Assembly: GCA_002269645.1 (NCBI GenBank) | Contig: NIVC01002274.1 | Span: 62,001-126,000 of the forward strand | Source: Macrostomum lignano | Taxonomy: Eukaryota | Length of the DNA: 64,000 nucleotides | Direction of reading: 5' to 3' | Part shown: positions 34,201 through 46,666 of the stretch, one piece after another | How the letters are laid out: each line of letters starts with the position of its first letter | Position numbering within the stretch: position 1 is the first letter of the stretch | Notes under the pieces: generated by a model | What the model was told of the DNA's origin: nothing | Databases searched by the model: none | The model's input: only the letters and a program-made list of their open reading frames with translations | Made by a program: the position numbers and the translations under genes

Positions 34201-37200
34201 TCTTCAGTGAATGTGCTGAACTGTCTTGTTGGGTGGTAGGTCCTTTGGCTACGGACACGAAGGCCTGACTGGCGATTTATGAAATCCAATTGTTTCTGTA
34301 ACTAAGGAATGAGTAAAGTCGATTAAAACGGCACGTAGGCCTGGAAGCGTCCCTGAGTCACTTGCGTCGCCCCAGAGTCATTTCAGAGAGATGACGTAGG
34401 TAAAATAGGAAAGGAGTGTAAATTAGCGAAATGACGCAACATTTGATAAGAAGAAACGTATCGAAAAGTTCATAGATTGGCTGCAGTCATCGTAAGTCTA
34501 CCATTTATTGTCGAATAGAAACCATTCTCATCGCTGCAACATCCGTTGTTGCTCCGAATGTAGTAAGGATGTGAAGAAACATTTTTACAAATTTACTTTT
34601 ACTAATTCAAAATTATTCGACAACGTAAAATTTGAGGATAGGCCAGAGATCAGGTCCCACAGGGTATTAAATTGATTGCTCGTAGTATCAAATGGCTTGC
34701 GGAGAGAATGGTCCGCATTGTCCTGGCGAGTCGGTCTGCCGTTACTTGACTGGCTGCCAAGTCTGTTTCAAGCTGACTCGGAGACCTTAAGACATTTTCT
34801 CCCTGGCCTTGGCTTCCCGTTTGTTGGCTGGATCCCAGAATAGAATTGCGGGATCGCGACAACTGTTTGCGGATGGCCTCATTGACCAGAAAACGGACAC
34901 TTCCTCCCACCTCCCACCAGCGTTTGCTATGCGGTTTCTTCCAGGTGCCCATCCGCTTCTTACTGACGAACGAGTTTGCCCAAACTGTTTCGGGTGATTA
35001 AATCATCCTGGTGATTGCGTCCCGGATAATTTGGTTTTTTATGTTGTAGTCCTCGGATTCTTTGACCGGTTTGTAGATGGCAATAAGTTCGAAATTGCCT
35101 ATCTCGATCGCGATCGTTCGCTCCGCTGTATGTAATCTTGCGACCGGACATTCTCCATAGGGATAAGCTTTCCTCGTCTAGCAAGATTCCTACTTTGTTG
35201 GTGTACGAGTATGCTACTGTTGCTTCTTTGTTTCCGTGCTGGAAGGTTCGAATCCCTTGGCTGTCTTTATTCAGTTCTGTTAGCAGCGTGACCTTTCATT
35301 TTTAAACATGTCTTTGTGCTTTTTGTGCTTTTTTGTTCTTTTCGAAGTTTTTCATCTCCCTCCTCCTTACTCTCCTCCAACGTCGCCTCCCTTCTCTTGC
35401 CTTCTTTATGTGTTCTGTTCTCGGTCCATCTCGGCTCTGGCTTTTCTCGGATGGTCCTCAGTTTCCACTGGGTCCTGGCTCGCACTCTCCTCTCGTCTCT
35501 GTCTCTCATGTTATCTTGCAATACACTGATCCTTGCCCCTATCAGGCCTGCCGCGCGCATTCCAATGCTCCAGCTGTGTGCTGCTAGTTGGATTTTGTTC
35601 TTTGTCTTCCTGGCGTCCTTGGCCATGAGCCCAGCATTCTTATTTTCCCTCCTGTCGTCCCCATCACCATCTCCTCTTGCTTGTCGTCATAGGTGTTTTC
35701 TTCAAATTCGCTCATCCATTTTTAGTTATTTCAAGACCTTGTTCCAATTCGTTCCGTTTACCCATGATGGTTGTGTCATCTGCGAAGAGGGATGTCCGAA
35801 ACTGATGTCCTCTCATTTCGGAGTTAAATTGGTTGATCCTCTGAGGTGGCACTGAGGGACCCGGGAGCCATTGCCATTCGATACCGCGTGGTGTGGCATT
35901 CCTTTCGGCTGCTCTGGTTCTTTCTTCTAATAGTCTAATGCATGCTTGGTGGAATATATTGAACAGGACCGGAGACGTGGGGCATCCCTCACGTAAGCCC
36001 CGTTCTGGTAGCCATTCTCTTCACTATGATTTTTCTTTCCCTGAACTTTGTAGCTGGTGTACTCATGCAGATCTCTTACTCATGCTGCTCCTCCGCCGCT
36101 TCTGAAGCCGTCCTCGACCGAACCGTCGGTCCAGATGACGTGGTCCGTGAGACGGGACACGGTTGGTTCAGCGTGGGCTGCGCGGAGTTCTGCTGACATT
36201 TGACGTGATGTTTCTTTGGCGGCCGACGTGTCGAAGCGGACTTCAAGGCTGTTGTCGATGGTCCACGGTGCTGGGCCGATTGCCGCTGGTGCTCTTGGGT
36301 GGGCCTTAAGCGTGGCGTTGCAGTCCAGTTCTTGTGCGATGCGCCGCCAGCAGGCGTGGAACGGGTGGTTGGCGTCCGAGAGCGCGTCCGGGATGCGTTC
36401 TTGGCGCCGGCCACCGTCGGTCGGGGTGTTCCGTGCGGCTTCATAGGTCCGGTTTTTGAGTCTTGGTCGCTGGGTTGCGGTTGCTGCTTGGTGCACTGGA
36501 ATATCGGCCGGTAGTCTGGCCATCCTCTCGCGGAGGTTGACAGCCCTTTCCGCGGCGACGTGATGGAGGAGCGGCAGGTTGGCGACGGCCAGCAGTTTGT
36601 CCGTCCGGGAGGGCATTACGCAGCCAGTGATTAAGCGTGCGCACGCGTTCTGTTGGCGCTCAACGAGGGCCCGGTTGCTTGGGGCTGCGCTCGTTAGCCA
36701 GATGGCACTGCCGTAGTCCGCAATGGAGCGGCAGGTTGCGATGTAGGCTGCGCGCAGTGTTCTTTGGTCGGCGCCCGTTTGTCTGTCTGCGATCATCTGG
36801 ATCGGTCGGCGTCTAGCTGCCATTCTGCGTCTGATGTCCTTGGCGTGCTCTCCGAAGCCGAGGTGGTCATCGAATTTGACGCCTAGGAAGGTCGGGGTCG
36901 CCTCGAACCGCAGTGGGGCTTCGTCGATGTTGAGGTCGAGTCGTGTTTTGCCTCTGTTCTCGGCCGGGGTTAGCGTGAAGGTGCTGTAGCTGCACTTCTC
37001 GGGGCTGAGCTCGACCTTCCATCTCTTGCACCACCCGACGATGACGTCCAGAGCCGGTTGCAGCCTGTTCTTGCATTCGTGCAGACTTTTCTTGGTGGCG
37101 AGTATCGCGCTGTCGTCGGCGTACAGGCTCACACTCGTGTCCGGTGAAGCGGCTTGGATGGTGTCCGGGAGGGTGTTGATGTAGACCAGCCATAAGAGCG

Positions 37201-39084
37201 GGGCCAGGACGCTGCCTTGTGGGAGCCCCTCGCGGAAGGTGCGTTCCTTGCTGTTGATGGTGCCTACCCGGACCTTGGCTCTTCTGTACGCCAGAAAGCT
37301 GTTGATCCATCTTAGGACACAGGGTGGGGTGCTGACCTCTTTAATTTTCAGAAGGAGGGCTCTCTTCCAGACCCTGTCGTAGGCGCAGGAGAAGTCCAGG
37401 TGTCCGAGGATGGAGCGCAGTGCTGGGGATCTTTCGAAGCCGTCGAAGATTCGTTGGGAGATGCGGGCGATTTGCTCCTCGCATGATCTGCCCTTTCGGA
37501 ACCCGGCTTGCACTCCGCTGCTCTTACCGGTGGACTCAAGGAAGTGGCTGAGCCGGTGGTAGACCAGTCGTTCTGCGACCTTTGCGATACAACTAGTGAG
37601 GGCGACCGGTCTGTAACTGCCGAGTTCCTCCGCCGTTTGCTGCGTTTTTTATGGAAATGATAGTGGCGCATCGCCATTGGTGCGGGCATTTCCCGGTCAG
37701 CCACGATTTATTCACCAAGTCGAGCAGCCTTTTTCCGTGGGGCTCCCAAGGTACTTCAGCATCTCGTTCGTGACCTGATCGTCGCTGGGGCTCTTGCCCT
37801 TCAGTACGTTTTTAAGCTCCGCTGCGGAGAAGGCTGAGCAGAGCCCCTTTCGGTCGTTCCTGTTACAGCAGGTGGCTTGCATAGCTCTGTAGGCCTGGTA
37901 GTTGATGGTGCGGTCGTCGCGGTCACGTGGGTTCCGTGAGATGCTGGCGTAGAAACCGCAGAATGCTTTCGCTTTTTCTCTATCGTTAATGGCGGTTCTG
38001 GAGGGGCTGTCTCGGGTCGGGTCGGCCGGAATCTTGCGCGCCGCGTTTGGGGGCGGTGGGGCCGGGTCGCCTCGGAGAGACCGTATGATTGCGAAAAAGT
38101 CGGAATTCATGTTCAGCGTCGCAGTCTTTTCTCTTCTCACAACTGCCGCTGCTGCTGCTGCTGCCTGGGTGGCGTAGATCATGTGACTGCAGTAATTGCT
38201 GCTGCTTTGACGACATAAAGGCACAGAGCAGGGCTCGTAATACTATCCGAACACTTGTGTAATCTGGAATATAATTAAATGGCCGGAATACGGTAGAAGC
38301 TCTGCATTATCAGACCGCTTTCATATTAAAAATCTTAACTAATATGTACGTTCAGTTAGGCCAAAGCTTAGAGGCACCAGGCTACCTGATGTGCTTAAAT
38401 CTCCGACAGAAAGAGACGTGGGATCGACAGAAACCGCCGCAGGATTGGCACGAATGGTTGCATGATCAGCAGAGCCAGCTGGAGCACAGACACTTGACTT
38501 ACTTTGACTTAGCTGCAGGGGGCTCCGTGCGTCCGGAGACAGCGAGGAGGCGTTGCCGCCCATTTCGCTAGCCCCTGGCGACCACGGGCAGCTAGTGCTG
38601 CGGTGTCGCGCAGGGAGTTCCGGTAGCGCCGGTGTCCGCAGCGCGGTCCCCCTCCAGAGAGTCCAGGAGGTGGATTGTCGCTCGGCCGGTAGCCCTTAGG
38701 TAGCGGACGAGCTGGTAGAGATCCTCGGGCCTGAAAACGTCGGAGAGGTCCGGGTTTGGGCCGAGGTAGGTGAGCCTGTCCTGAGTAAAGACGGGGCATT
38801 CACAGATGAAGTGCTCCGCATTCTCGACACCGGAGAGGCAGAAAGGGCATTCCTCACTGCGGATTTTCCCCTGGAGGTGACGATGCCAGCAGAGACACTC
38901 AGTATTTCCTGCAGTAGCGACGTAGCCATCAGCTGTTTTGGTCGGCGGGAATGCAACTTGGAGCAAAGTAGGTGGTGGCAACTGCCTAGACACATCCAGC
39001 TGCCAGTTAGGTTTCGTGGTTGTCCGAATTCAACGCAGAGGCACGCCACTACTTTGGCTGCTACTACTGCTGTTGTTGTTGTTG

Positions 39085-39133
<49 letters not shown>

Positions 39134-42100
39134 CGCCTAGCACCGAGCCGCCACTAGTGACTTCCTTCCAGGCAAATCTTCCTCCAGAATTCGACCGCGT
39201 TCCATGGTCTCCTATTCAAGTCTCGCATCTCGTGCAGGTCCAGACCAGCTCCTCTCTAAGGCTGCGCGTGACGGGGCACTCCATGACGTGCTCCAGCGTC
39301 TCGGCCTCCAAACCGCACCTCGTACACCAGCCCTCCTCTTTTCTACCCATACGCTTCCTGTACTCCGCCAGGTCCATAGAGTGGCCACTCCTGAATCGTC
39401 TGAAGTCAACCGCTTCCTGCCTGCTTAGGCCCTTCGGCTGGGGCGCCGCTCCCTGCTCTCCATACGTTTCCCTGCTTCTCCTGTGGCTTCTGCCGTCATC
39501 TCTGCCCAGCTTGTTCTGGATGTACTTCCAGTTGCTGCTGGCCGGCACCCCGATGCCCTCCTGGGCCCGTGTTGCTGGCCGCTTTGTCCGCTAACTCGTT
39601 TCCGGTCAAGCCGCAGTGCGCGGGCACCCAGATCAGCTTCCTCTAGCTTCCTCTAGCTTCCTCAAACCACCTTCTCTTCCTCCTCCAGCTTCCTCAGCAT
39701 TTTCCTGGCTCTGAGGGCCAATGGTTTTCTGCTCAGGCCTTTAATAGCCTGCAGGCAGCTCTGACTGTCGCTAATGATCGCGGTGCTTTCACCTTTGCTG
39801 GTGCACCCTTCGAGCCAATTTAGGCCAGCTATGACCGCATAGAGCTCCGCTTGCTTTGAGCAGGGCACTCCCGGGGCTTGATGGATGGTCGCTTCCACTT
39901 TACAAATACCCTCCGGGTCGCTCACCGTTGGCTGGCACACCACTCCACTACCTCCTCTGCCGATGCGGGCGTCGCGGAGGGCCGGGCAGCTGATCCAGTG
40001 CTTCAGGTCCTCCGGACCTTCGCCCCAATAAATGCAGTTGGTGTCAGCTGCCGGGTTGACCGTCCATCAGGCCGTAGGCCCTGAGAAGGCTGCAATGACC
40101 AGATCGCAGTCTGGCCAGAAGGACCGCCTCCTGGCAATTTTTCAGCTCGGCGCGCTTTTTTTGGCGGTTCAGCGCACTGTAGCCGAGCGCAGTCCGTGCG
40201 TGGTGAAGGGGCGGGTTGCCGAGGCACCGTTTATTCGCAGCGACCGCGCTAGCCAGAGAGAGGAGCCTGGGGCGGCGGCCAGAGTGCCGTGGCCGCTTTA
40301 TCAGCGATTTCGTTGCCGGCCAGGCCGCAGTGAACTGGGACCCATTGCAAAATGATGGTAGCGGCGTATGTGTCCGGATGCAGCAGGGTGTGGTCGAGGG
40401 TGAAGTTCGACAGCGCCGAGAGCAGCGCCCTGCTGTTGCTGCAGATCAGGGCTCGGCCTGCGAAGGGATGTAGACAGAGCCAGTCGAGGGCGAGAATGAG
40501 AGCCCGCCTTTCCTCATCGAAGCTGCAGGTCAAGGCAGCACCGCGCGCGGTGATCGTATCGATGACGGTCGGTTTGGCGGGGTCGCCGCTGGTGATCAGA
40601 CAGACCGCTCCTCCAGATTGGCAGCCCTTAGAGACGGAGCCGTCCATATACAGGACCAGGTCAGCCGCCGCTTGTCTAATGGTATTCTCCGCGTGCCACC
40701 TGGCTCGCATCGCGGCGTCAGCCTGAGAATCCGCGTCGGTAGGGGCAGCGTGAAGCGGGTGGAGGGCTGTAGACGCGCTGAGAGCAGCGGTGGAGCGCCT
40801 CCACGGGCACGGTGGAACGGCCGACAGCGGCTCGCGGGGGAAAAGTCTCCCGGCATATTTGTCAGGAGCAGCTCGGCGCGGTGACGCCAGCTACTTCTGG
40901 CCGTGCGGTGCGGGACCTGACCCTTTGCGGTGCAGCGGCAAGGGTGCGCGGCAGGCAAGCAGAGCGCCTTCTCGTACGCGGTGAGACAGAGCTGCTTGCG
41001 CATCGTGTCCGCCGTGCAGTTACCGGCTTCCAGATGCAGGGCTTCCACCGGCGTAGTGCGCAATTGACGTAACAATGCGCAGGACCTGGTTTTGAGCACG
41101 CTGGAGTCAGAAAGCTAGGGTTGCCACGATGAGGCCGTGTAGTACCTGACGTTGAAAATTAGGGCTTTGAGGGTGCACATGACGCTCTCCTTAGGCCAGC
41201 CCCATGACCTGGCCGACAGGCAGGCCAGGGTGCGGGACCGGCTGTTTACAACTCTTCACACTTCGGCGACCTGCTTGGTGCCAAAGTTGGCGGGTCACAC
41301 AGCCAGTAAATAACTTAAGTTTTATAGTTTTAAAAAACTTGTCACATAAAAATTGGCCCAGTAGTTTCAGAGATGTTATGAAACACACATAACACACACA
41401 AACAACGCGTCACTTTTATTATATTGCGATAATTTGTTACTACTAACCTGCCTACGATATGAAATTTGTTACTACTAACACATTACTACGATATGAAAAA
41501 GCGCTACGAAGTACGTAGCTCGTAACTTCCAACATAACACGTTTGTATCTGAAATTGCGCAAGCTTGACCGTTATTCACAGCCCGTTATTCACAGCCCGT
41601 TATTCACAGCCCGTTATTCACAGCCAACGCTGCATTATTTAGCTTAAATTGGACGGAGCCCCGATTGGATAATCATTTTCTGACCTCATTCCGACAGATT
41701 TAATTGCGACCTGCCCAGCTTCTCCAGCATGGGCTGCAACAATCTGTTGGATCTGCTGCGCCAAATCCCGGGCATAGTGCTGATGAAAAATCCCATTGAC
41801 CCGGATCTCCGCATCGCCGTGTACGGCACGCGGCTGCCCAACCTGCCGAAGGCGCCGCCGTTTCCCGAGAACTGCGTGCCTCCCGGCTACCGGCTGCCCG
41901 TCGAGCGCATGCGGCGGCCGCGGCAGCCCGCTGTTGGCACCGAAGTGAGCGCGCACTACCTGCTGCAGCAGCAGTACAACGTGCTGGTGCCGCTGGCCTC
42001 AAACTCGGGCCCGGGCCGCTTCTTCGTGATTCCACACGGCGAGGTGTCGAACCGTCTGGACAAGCTGATGGAGCAGCTGGACTCGGCTGAGCACCCGCCA

Positions 42101-45100
42101 ATGCCGGAGGTGTACACCAGGCCTGATCAGCTGTGCGTGGCCGTCACCAAGCAGGGCTGTCGGCGGGTGAGAATCGTCAGTCATGCTGCCGACGGCTCCG
42201 CTGACCGACGGCTGGTGGAGGATGTCGACTACGGAGAGCTGCTGACTGTTGGCGCGTCCGACCTGCGCTGCATGCACCGGAGGTTCGCGGAGGGAGTCCC
42301 CGCCCACGCAATTCTGTGCCGACTGGCCTTTCTGATTCCGAATGGCGGAGCCGCCCAGTTTGATGAGGCCGCCGTGAAAGAGTTCCACCGAATCACTCAG
42401 GACGTGCTGCTCAAGCTGACTGTGGATCTTGAGCCCCCAGCTGATCAGGTTGGTTCCTTTGTTGTCATATTTAATCTGCAAGTTATTAAATTGATTGGTG
42501 GGTCTGCAACTTTGCTCTTCAGCCGCACGCGCCCTACTCTGTGTATCTGGATGGAGAGATGGGCTCTTTCTTGGAATTTTTCAGCAGACAGTCGCTCGGA
42601 CTGCTGCCGATTCAGGTGAGTGATTTATTACTGTTGTACAGGTGATTTCTGGTAGTTAAAAGCGCTTGACAATGTATAATACCGCTTCGTGCTGAAACTT
42701 CAGATTGACTTCAAGCAGAAGGCTTTCGCACCGCTGGGCAAGGTGGACAGGCTCTGCAAGCCAGACGGCAAGAAGGGTAAATAATGAGTTTTGTATTGGG
42801 CCTGGAGGCCTCAGTGGGGATTTATATTGAAACTCTGCCTACCTTTGCAAAGTCGGACAATGTTTTTCATTCCACGGTCCCGTAGCCGCTCAATGCGAGC
42901 CCGAGGCCAGCGTGCGCACCGGCGGCCACTCCGACATCGAAGAGGTCGGCACCGATGCGGAAGCGGGCAGCAGCCGCGCCATGACGCCCGGCAGCGAAGC
43001 TGGCGATGGCCTCGACCAGAACCTGCAGGAATATGATCATAACCAAGATTATGAGCAGCAGGACTTTGAGCGTCAAGATTATGAGCAGCAGGACTATGAG
43101 CGTCAAGATTATGAGCAGCAGGACTATGAGCGTCAAGATTATGAGCAGCAGGACTATGAGCGTCAAGATTATGAGCAGCAGGAGGACTATGAGCGTCAAT
43201 ATTATGAGCAGCAGGACTATGAGCGTCAAGATTATGAGCAGCAGGACTATGAGCGTCAGGCTGATGATGAGCCGCAGGCTGATGATAGGCAGCAAGCTGA
43301 TGATGAGCAGCGGCAGAATTATGAGTGGCAGGATTATGAGCGTCAAGATTATGAGCGGCAGGACTATAAGCGTCAAGATTATGAGCAGCAGGCTGGTGAT
43401 GAGCATCAAGATTGTGAGCAGCCGGATGATTATGAGCAGCAGGATGATGAGCAGCAGGCCGATGAGGAGCAGCAGGATGATGAGCAGCAAGCCGATGAGG
43501 AGCAGCAGGCCAATAATGAGCAGCAGGCCGATGAGGAGCAGCAGGCCGATGATGAGCAGCAGGCCGATGAGGAGCAGCAGGCCGATGAGGAGCAGCAGGC
43601 CGATGAGGAGCAGCAGGCCGATGATGAGCAGCAAGCTTATGAGCAGCAGGCCGATGATGAGCAGCAGGCCGATGATGAGCAGCAGGCCGATGATGAGCAG
43701 CAGGCCGATGATGAGCAGCAGGCCGATGATGAGCAGCAAGCTTATGAGCAGCAGGCCGATGATGAGCATCAACAAGACTATGAGCAGCATGGTTATGAGC
43801 AGCAGGTTGACAAATTTCTTGAAGCGAAGCAGTCAGTCTTTAAGTTTGCTGTGAAACCAACTGAGCAAAAGGAATCGCATGCTGGGATCCCTGCCGCAAG
43901 ACAAGCTGGTGATCAGGCCCGCGTTCAGGGCGCAACGGGTTCGCATGGTGAATATAATCAGCTTTGATTTTCCTTTTTATGTCAATTTCTCACTGCATTG
44001 TGTAGAGTGCCATGATTTATTGAAACTCCTCTCCCAACTCTGCAGAGAGCGGCCGAGTTGCCGACCAGCAGCCTAAGCAGACAGACGGTGCAGCCGTTTG
44101 CCAAATTGTTGGCTCTGGCGGTAAGTTGGGCCTGTTTAAGTTCACGACACGTTACTTTCCTGTTACGAAGCGCTATCGTTTAATCCCGTTAATTTTGTTT
44201 GTTTATTTACCGAGGCTGTGATGACTCGTGCGAGGTAATTGCAGACGAGGCAATGGTCAGAGACCAGATGCACCGGAGTCACAGGTTGCACAGGCCGTAC
44301 CGGCACAAAGAAGCGAGGGAATTCGAAGGGAACCCGATCGGCACGACAAAGCCATCACCATTAACCAGCTTTTAGTAACTCACCTGTGCTGTATACCATT
44401 TCAATCTCGACTTTGGCAAAAGTGACTTTGATTTTGGCGACACATTGTTGAAATTTTTGTCTAAGGCGCGTGGATCTCTGCAGAATGGAGAACGACTGGT
44501 GCGCAGCTTCCAAGAAGGAGGAGTTAATCATCCATAATTTAACGATGAAGATCATATTGATTTGAGGCAACGGGGAGGAGTCGTGAGGACAAAAGTCATT
44601 GAGGACAATTGTGACACATTGATCACTAATGGTTTTTAGTGAGATTTGTTCTCAGTTTCTTGAAACCTTTTCCCCAGTTTCTAATCGTTGTTGTTGCAAT
44701 TTAAAAAAGGATTTTTCTCCGCACGAGTCATCGCAATCTCGTAAGCGTTGAAAATTCTGTTTACAGTTTTTTATTATTTTGACCGTGCAACTGTTTCAGT
44801 TTCACCATTTCTGTTCTTTGTTGATTGATTGACAATGGGCAGGTTTGAGCGGGCGTGTCTCCCGCTGCGCTGTTCCGTTGACGAAGTCCAGACTCAGCAT
44901 CCGCCAGAGGGTCTCCCTCGCGGCCGGCGCCCTGGCTGGCATCCGAGCCGATTTGGCCTCGGTGCGACAGCCGGCCTGCAGCGGGCTGCTCAGCTCAGCC
45001 AGGGCCAGGCTGACTCGCTGCTCAGTGCAGCTGCAGCTGTTCTGCTTGGAAGAAGAACCTGAGCAGGGCTCCGATGCCAGCAGCAGCAGCGAGTCTGACT

Positions 45101-45552
45101 TGCCCTGTCAGACTCAGCAGAGTGAGTTCCAATGCCTCCTCCCGCCACCTCGCCCCCTCTCAGTTCCAACGCTTTGTGTGAGCCCAATATGGGCAGCCTT
45201 AATTGAGTGAACCATTCGCTATGGATTCGTTGTGTTGCTCCATTTCAGACTCGACTGTGCTCAGCCCAGAGGCGGTGCCGTTTTTCTCGCCTCTGCGGCG
45301 GCCTCTTGCTCCGCCTCGCTTTCGTGCGCTGGTCGCAGGGCAGCAACAGTCTGCCATGACGGTAAGATCTCCGCTGTCTTATCAAAATGGTTGGCCATGT
45401 GATAGGCGCTGGTCGAAAGACACTGCTTATCTTTCGCTCACTTGCAGCCGCAGCAGCAGCCTCCACTATCATCTGGTGCAGTATCAACACTGCCACAGCT
45501 GCCTACTTTGCCGCCAGGCCAATTGATGGGCGGCTGGGGCCGGTTCAAGTGA
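31213..45552 (+). CDS. LOTUS-Tudor protein, paralog B (3 LOTUS + 1 Tudor = TDRD5/Tejas-like, long acidic repeat, PAM2-like motif), ~1117 aa. Exons 31213-31441, 33292-33865, 41698-42448, 42523-42615, 42704-42776, 42886-43947, 44046-44120, 44843-45121, 45249-45361, 45448-45552
   Basis: Exon 1 is a LOTUS domain (VTCAALASEYARCVGPLRWQQFNFKSLEDLLDSIDGM) ending C|GTAAGC in phase 1, matching the phase-1 acceptor ATGCAG|CA at 33292. All ten exons are phase-compatible (3354 nt). The last four exons are less certain. Confidence 0.72.
31505..32975. repeat. 46-bp minisatellite built from ~15-bp subunits (GTGACTAATCTGGTGACTTCCAGTGACGCATCTAGTGGCACATTCA) in intron 1 of paralog B
   Basis: Period 46 read directly. 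Confidence 0.95.
36075..38130 (-). mobile_element. Non-LTR retrotransposon ORF2 fragment A: reverse transcriptase to the start of RNase H (I/Ingi-like), truncated at both ends and disrupted
   Basis: QAGFRKGRSCEEQI, LDFSCAYDRVW, GLPQGSVLAPLLW, YADD, FLGVKFD, VIWTDGSV. The upstream frame 37712-38130 carries the pre-RT linker. Confidence 0.9.
38575..38925 (-). mobile_element. Non-LTR fragment B: C-terminal zinc-binding region of ORF2
   Basis: ECPFCLSGVENAEHFICECP followed by LVRYLRATGR. Confidence 0.7.
39140..39960 (-). mobile_element. Non-LTR fragment C: RNase H and C-terminal CCHC region, followed by a (CA)n/(CAA)n tail at ~39060-39135
   Basis: KQAELYAVIAGL, IISDSQS, CGLTGNELAD, FRRFRSGH, CTRCGLEAETLEHVMECP. 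Confidence 0.8.
39960..41290 (-). mobile_element. Non-LTR fragment D: RT C-terminus, RNase H and C-terminal region, frameshifted
   Basis: LRTTPVEALHLEAG, LVLYMDGSV, EERRALILALDWL, LQWVPVHCGLAGNEIADKAA, LLARLRSGH. Confidence 0.8.
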
Positions 45553-46666
45553 ACAGACGATGCTGAATGAATGATGTTGATTTTATTTTGGTTTGGTTTG
45601 TGTTGGTGATGACATTAGTAATGTTTGCATTTAATTATCTTTCATGTCTTCTGAAGCTTCCTTGCTTCTTGCTGTTGCAGTTCGCGTGTTTTGCATTTTC
45701 GTTCTTAATTTTTTAGTCTTCTTATGAGTTATATTACAAAGTTTTATACGGGCCTTGTTATGTCTGTTATCTGTAGCATTGGCAAGCTCAACACTAATAA
45801 AAACATCTTTAAAAAACTGAAAGCAAGTTTTGTTTTTTGTTCTGTTAAAAAAACTAGACAGTCACACTGTTAATCCTTACAAACTTGTAGTTTTACAGTG
45901 ATAATCCTGTGACTCAGTAAGGGTAGTAGTCAGTAGTATGTATCAGTAGTAATATGATAAATAAATGATGCCAGTATATTTTCACACCTTGCGGCGGTGT
46001 AGATTGCATACGCAGAACTTTACTTACAAAATCTGCATTGAATTAGCGGGAGTTTAAAAGTGCAATTGGGGGGTATTGACTATCAGTGGGCCACAGAATA
46101 TATGTACACACATTGCCGGAAATCGTCAAAAAAACGGCCGTTGATCCACGGGTTGATTAGCTAGAGACAGACCTCATCTCGGCTACTTTGCATAAAGCAT
46201 ATATAACTATAAATATAAACATTAAATACTCGAATAAGCATATAGAAAGAACAGAACGGCAGGGCATATTCAGCGCTAATTGAATTCGAACACAAACTAG
46301 GATTATTATTAAGATCATGCAAACCGAGTATTTATGTGAAAAGCAGAACTGTAAACAATAACAAGACGCCATTTGAGATTTAATTTACACTGCTGCAGTA
46401 CGCTGCCGAGTCATGACTGTACAGATTGAAATGGCCGGCTTGCTGCAAAGCTCGAACAAGGAAACACTTCGGGTACCAGGGAGAGTCGAACTGCACAGAC
46501 TGCACCGTGTACGGAGTTGGCAGCTAATTATGTGATGAATACTATTTTACCGGCGGACAGATCACCTGGAATTTAGTTACCGACTGACAATAAACTAACA
46601 ACTTGACTAGGATTCGAGGAGTTAACTTCGCTTCGATCTGCATGTATTGTCATATTTATCAAGAGG

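Noticed and set aside
34650-35860. Minus-strand ORF fragments (lysine/arginine-rich) that might be a degenerate gag/ORF1
   Set aside because: No motif I can assign. Probably TE-derived but unclassifiable without a search.
38938-39594. 218-aa plus-strand ORF
   Set aside because: Antisense to LINE fragment C and runs through a (GT)n microsatellite.
42867-43854. Leu/Ile-rich minus-strand ORF and Met/Ser-rich plus-strand ORF (also 22403-22969)
   Set aside because: Alternative-frame and antisense shadows of the coding QDYE/ADDEQQ repeat.
44218-44734. Short inverted repeats ATGACTCGTGCG / CGCACGAGTCAT bounding ~510 bp in an intron
   Set aside because: Only a 12-bp perfect match, no TSD found, and the internal ORFs are unrecognisable; not enough to call an element.
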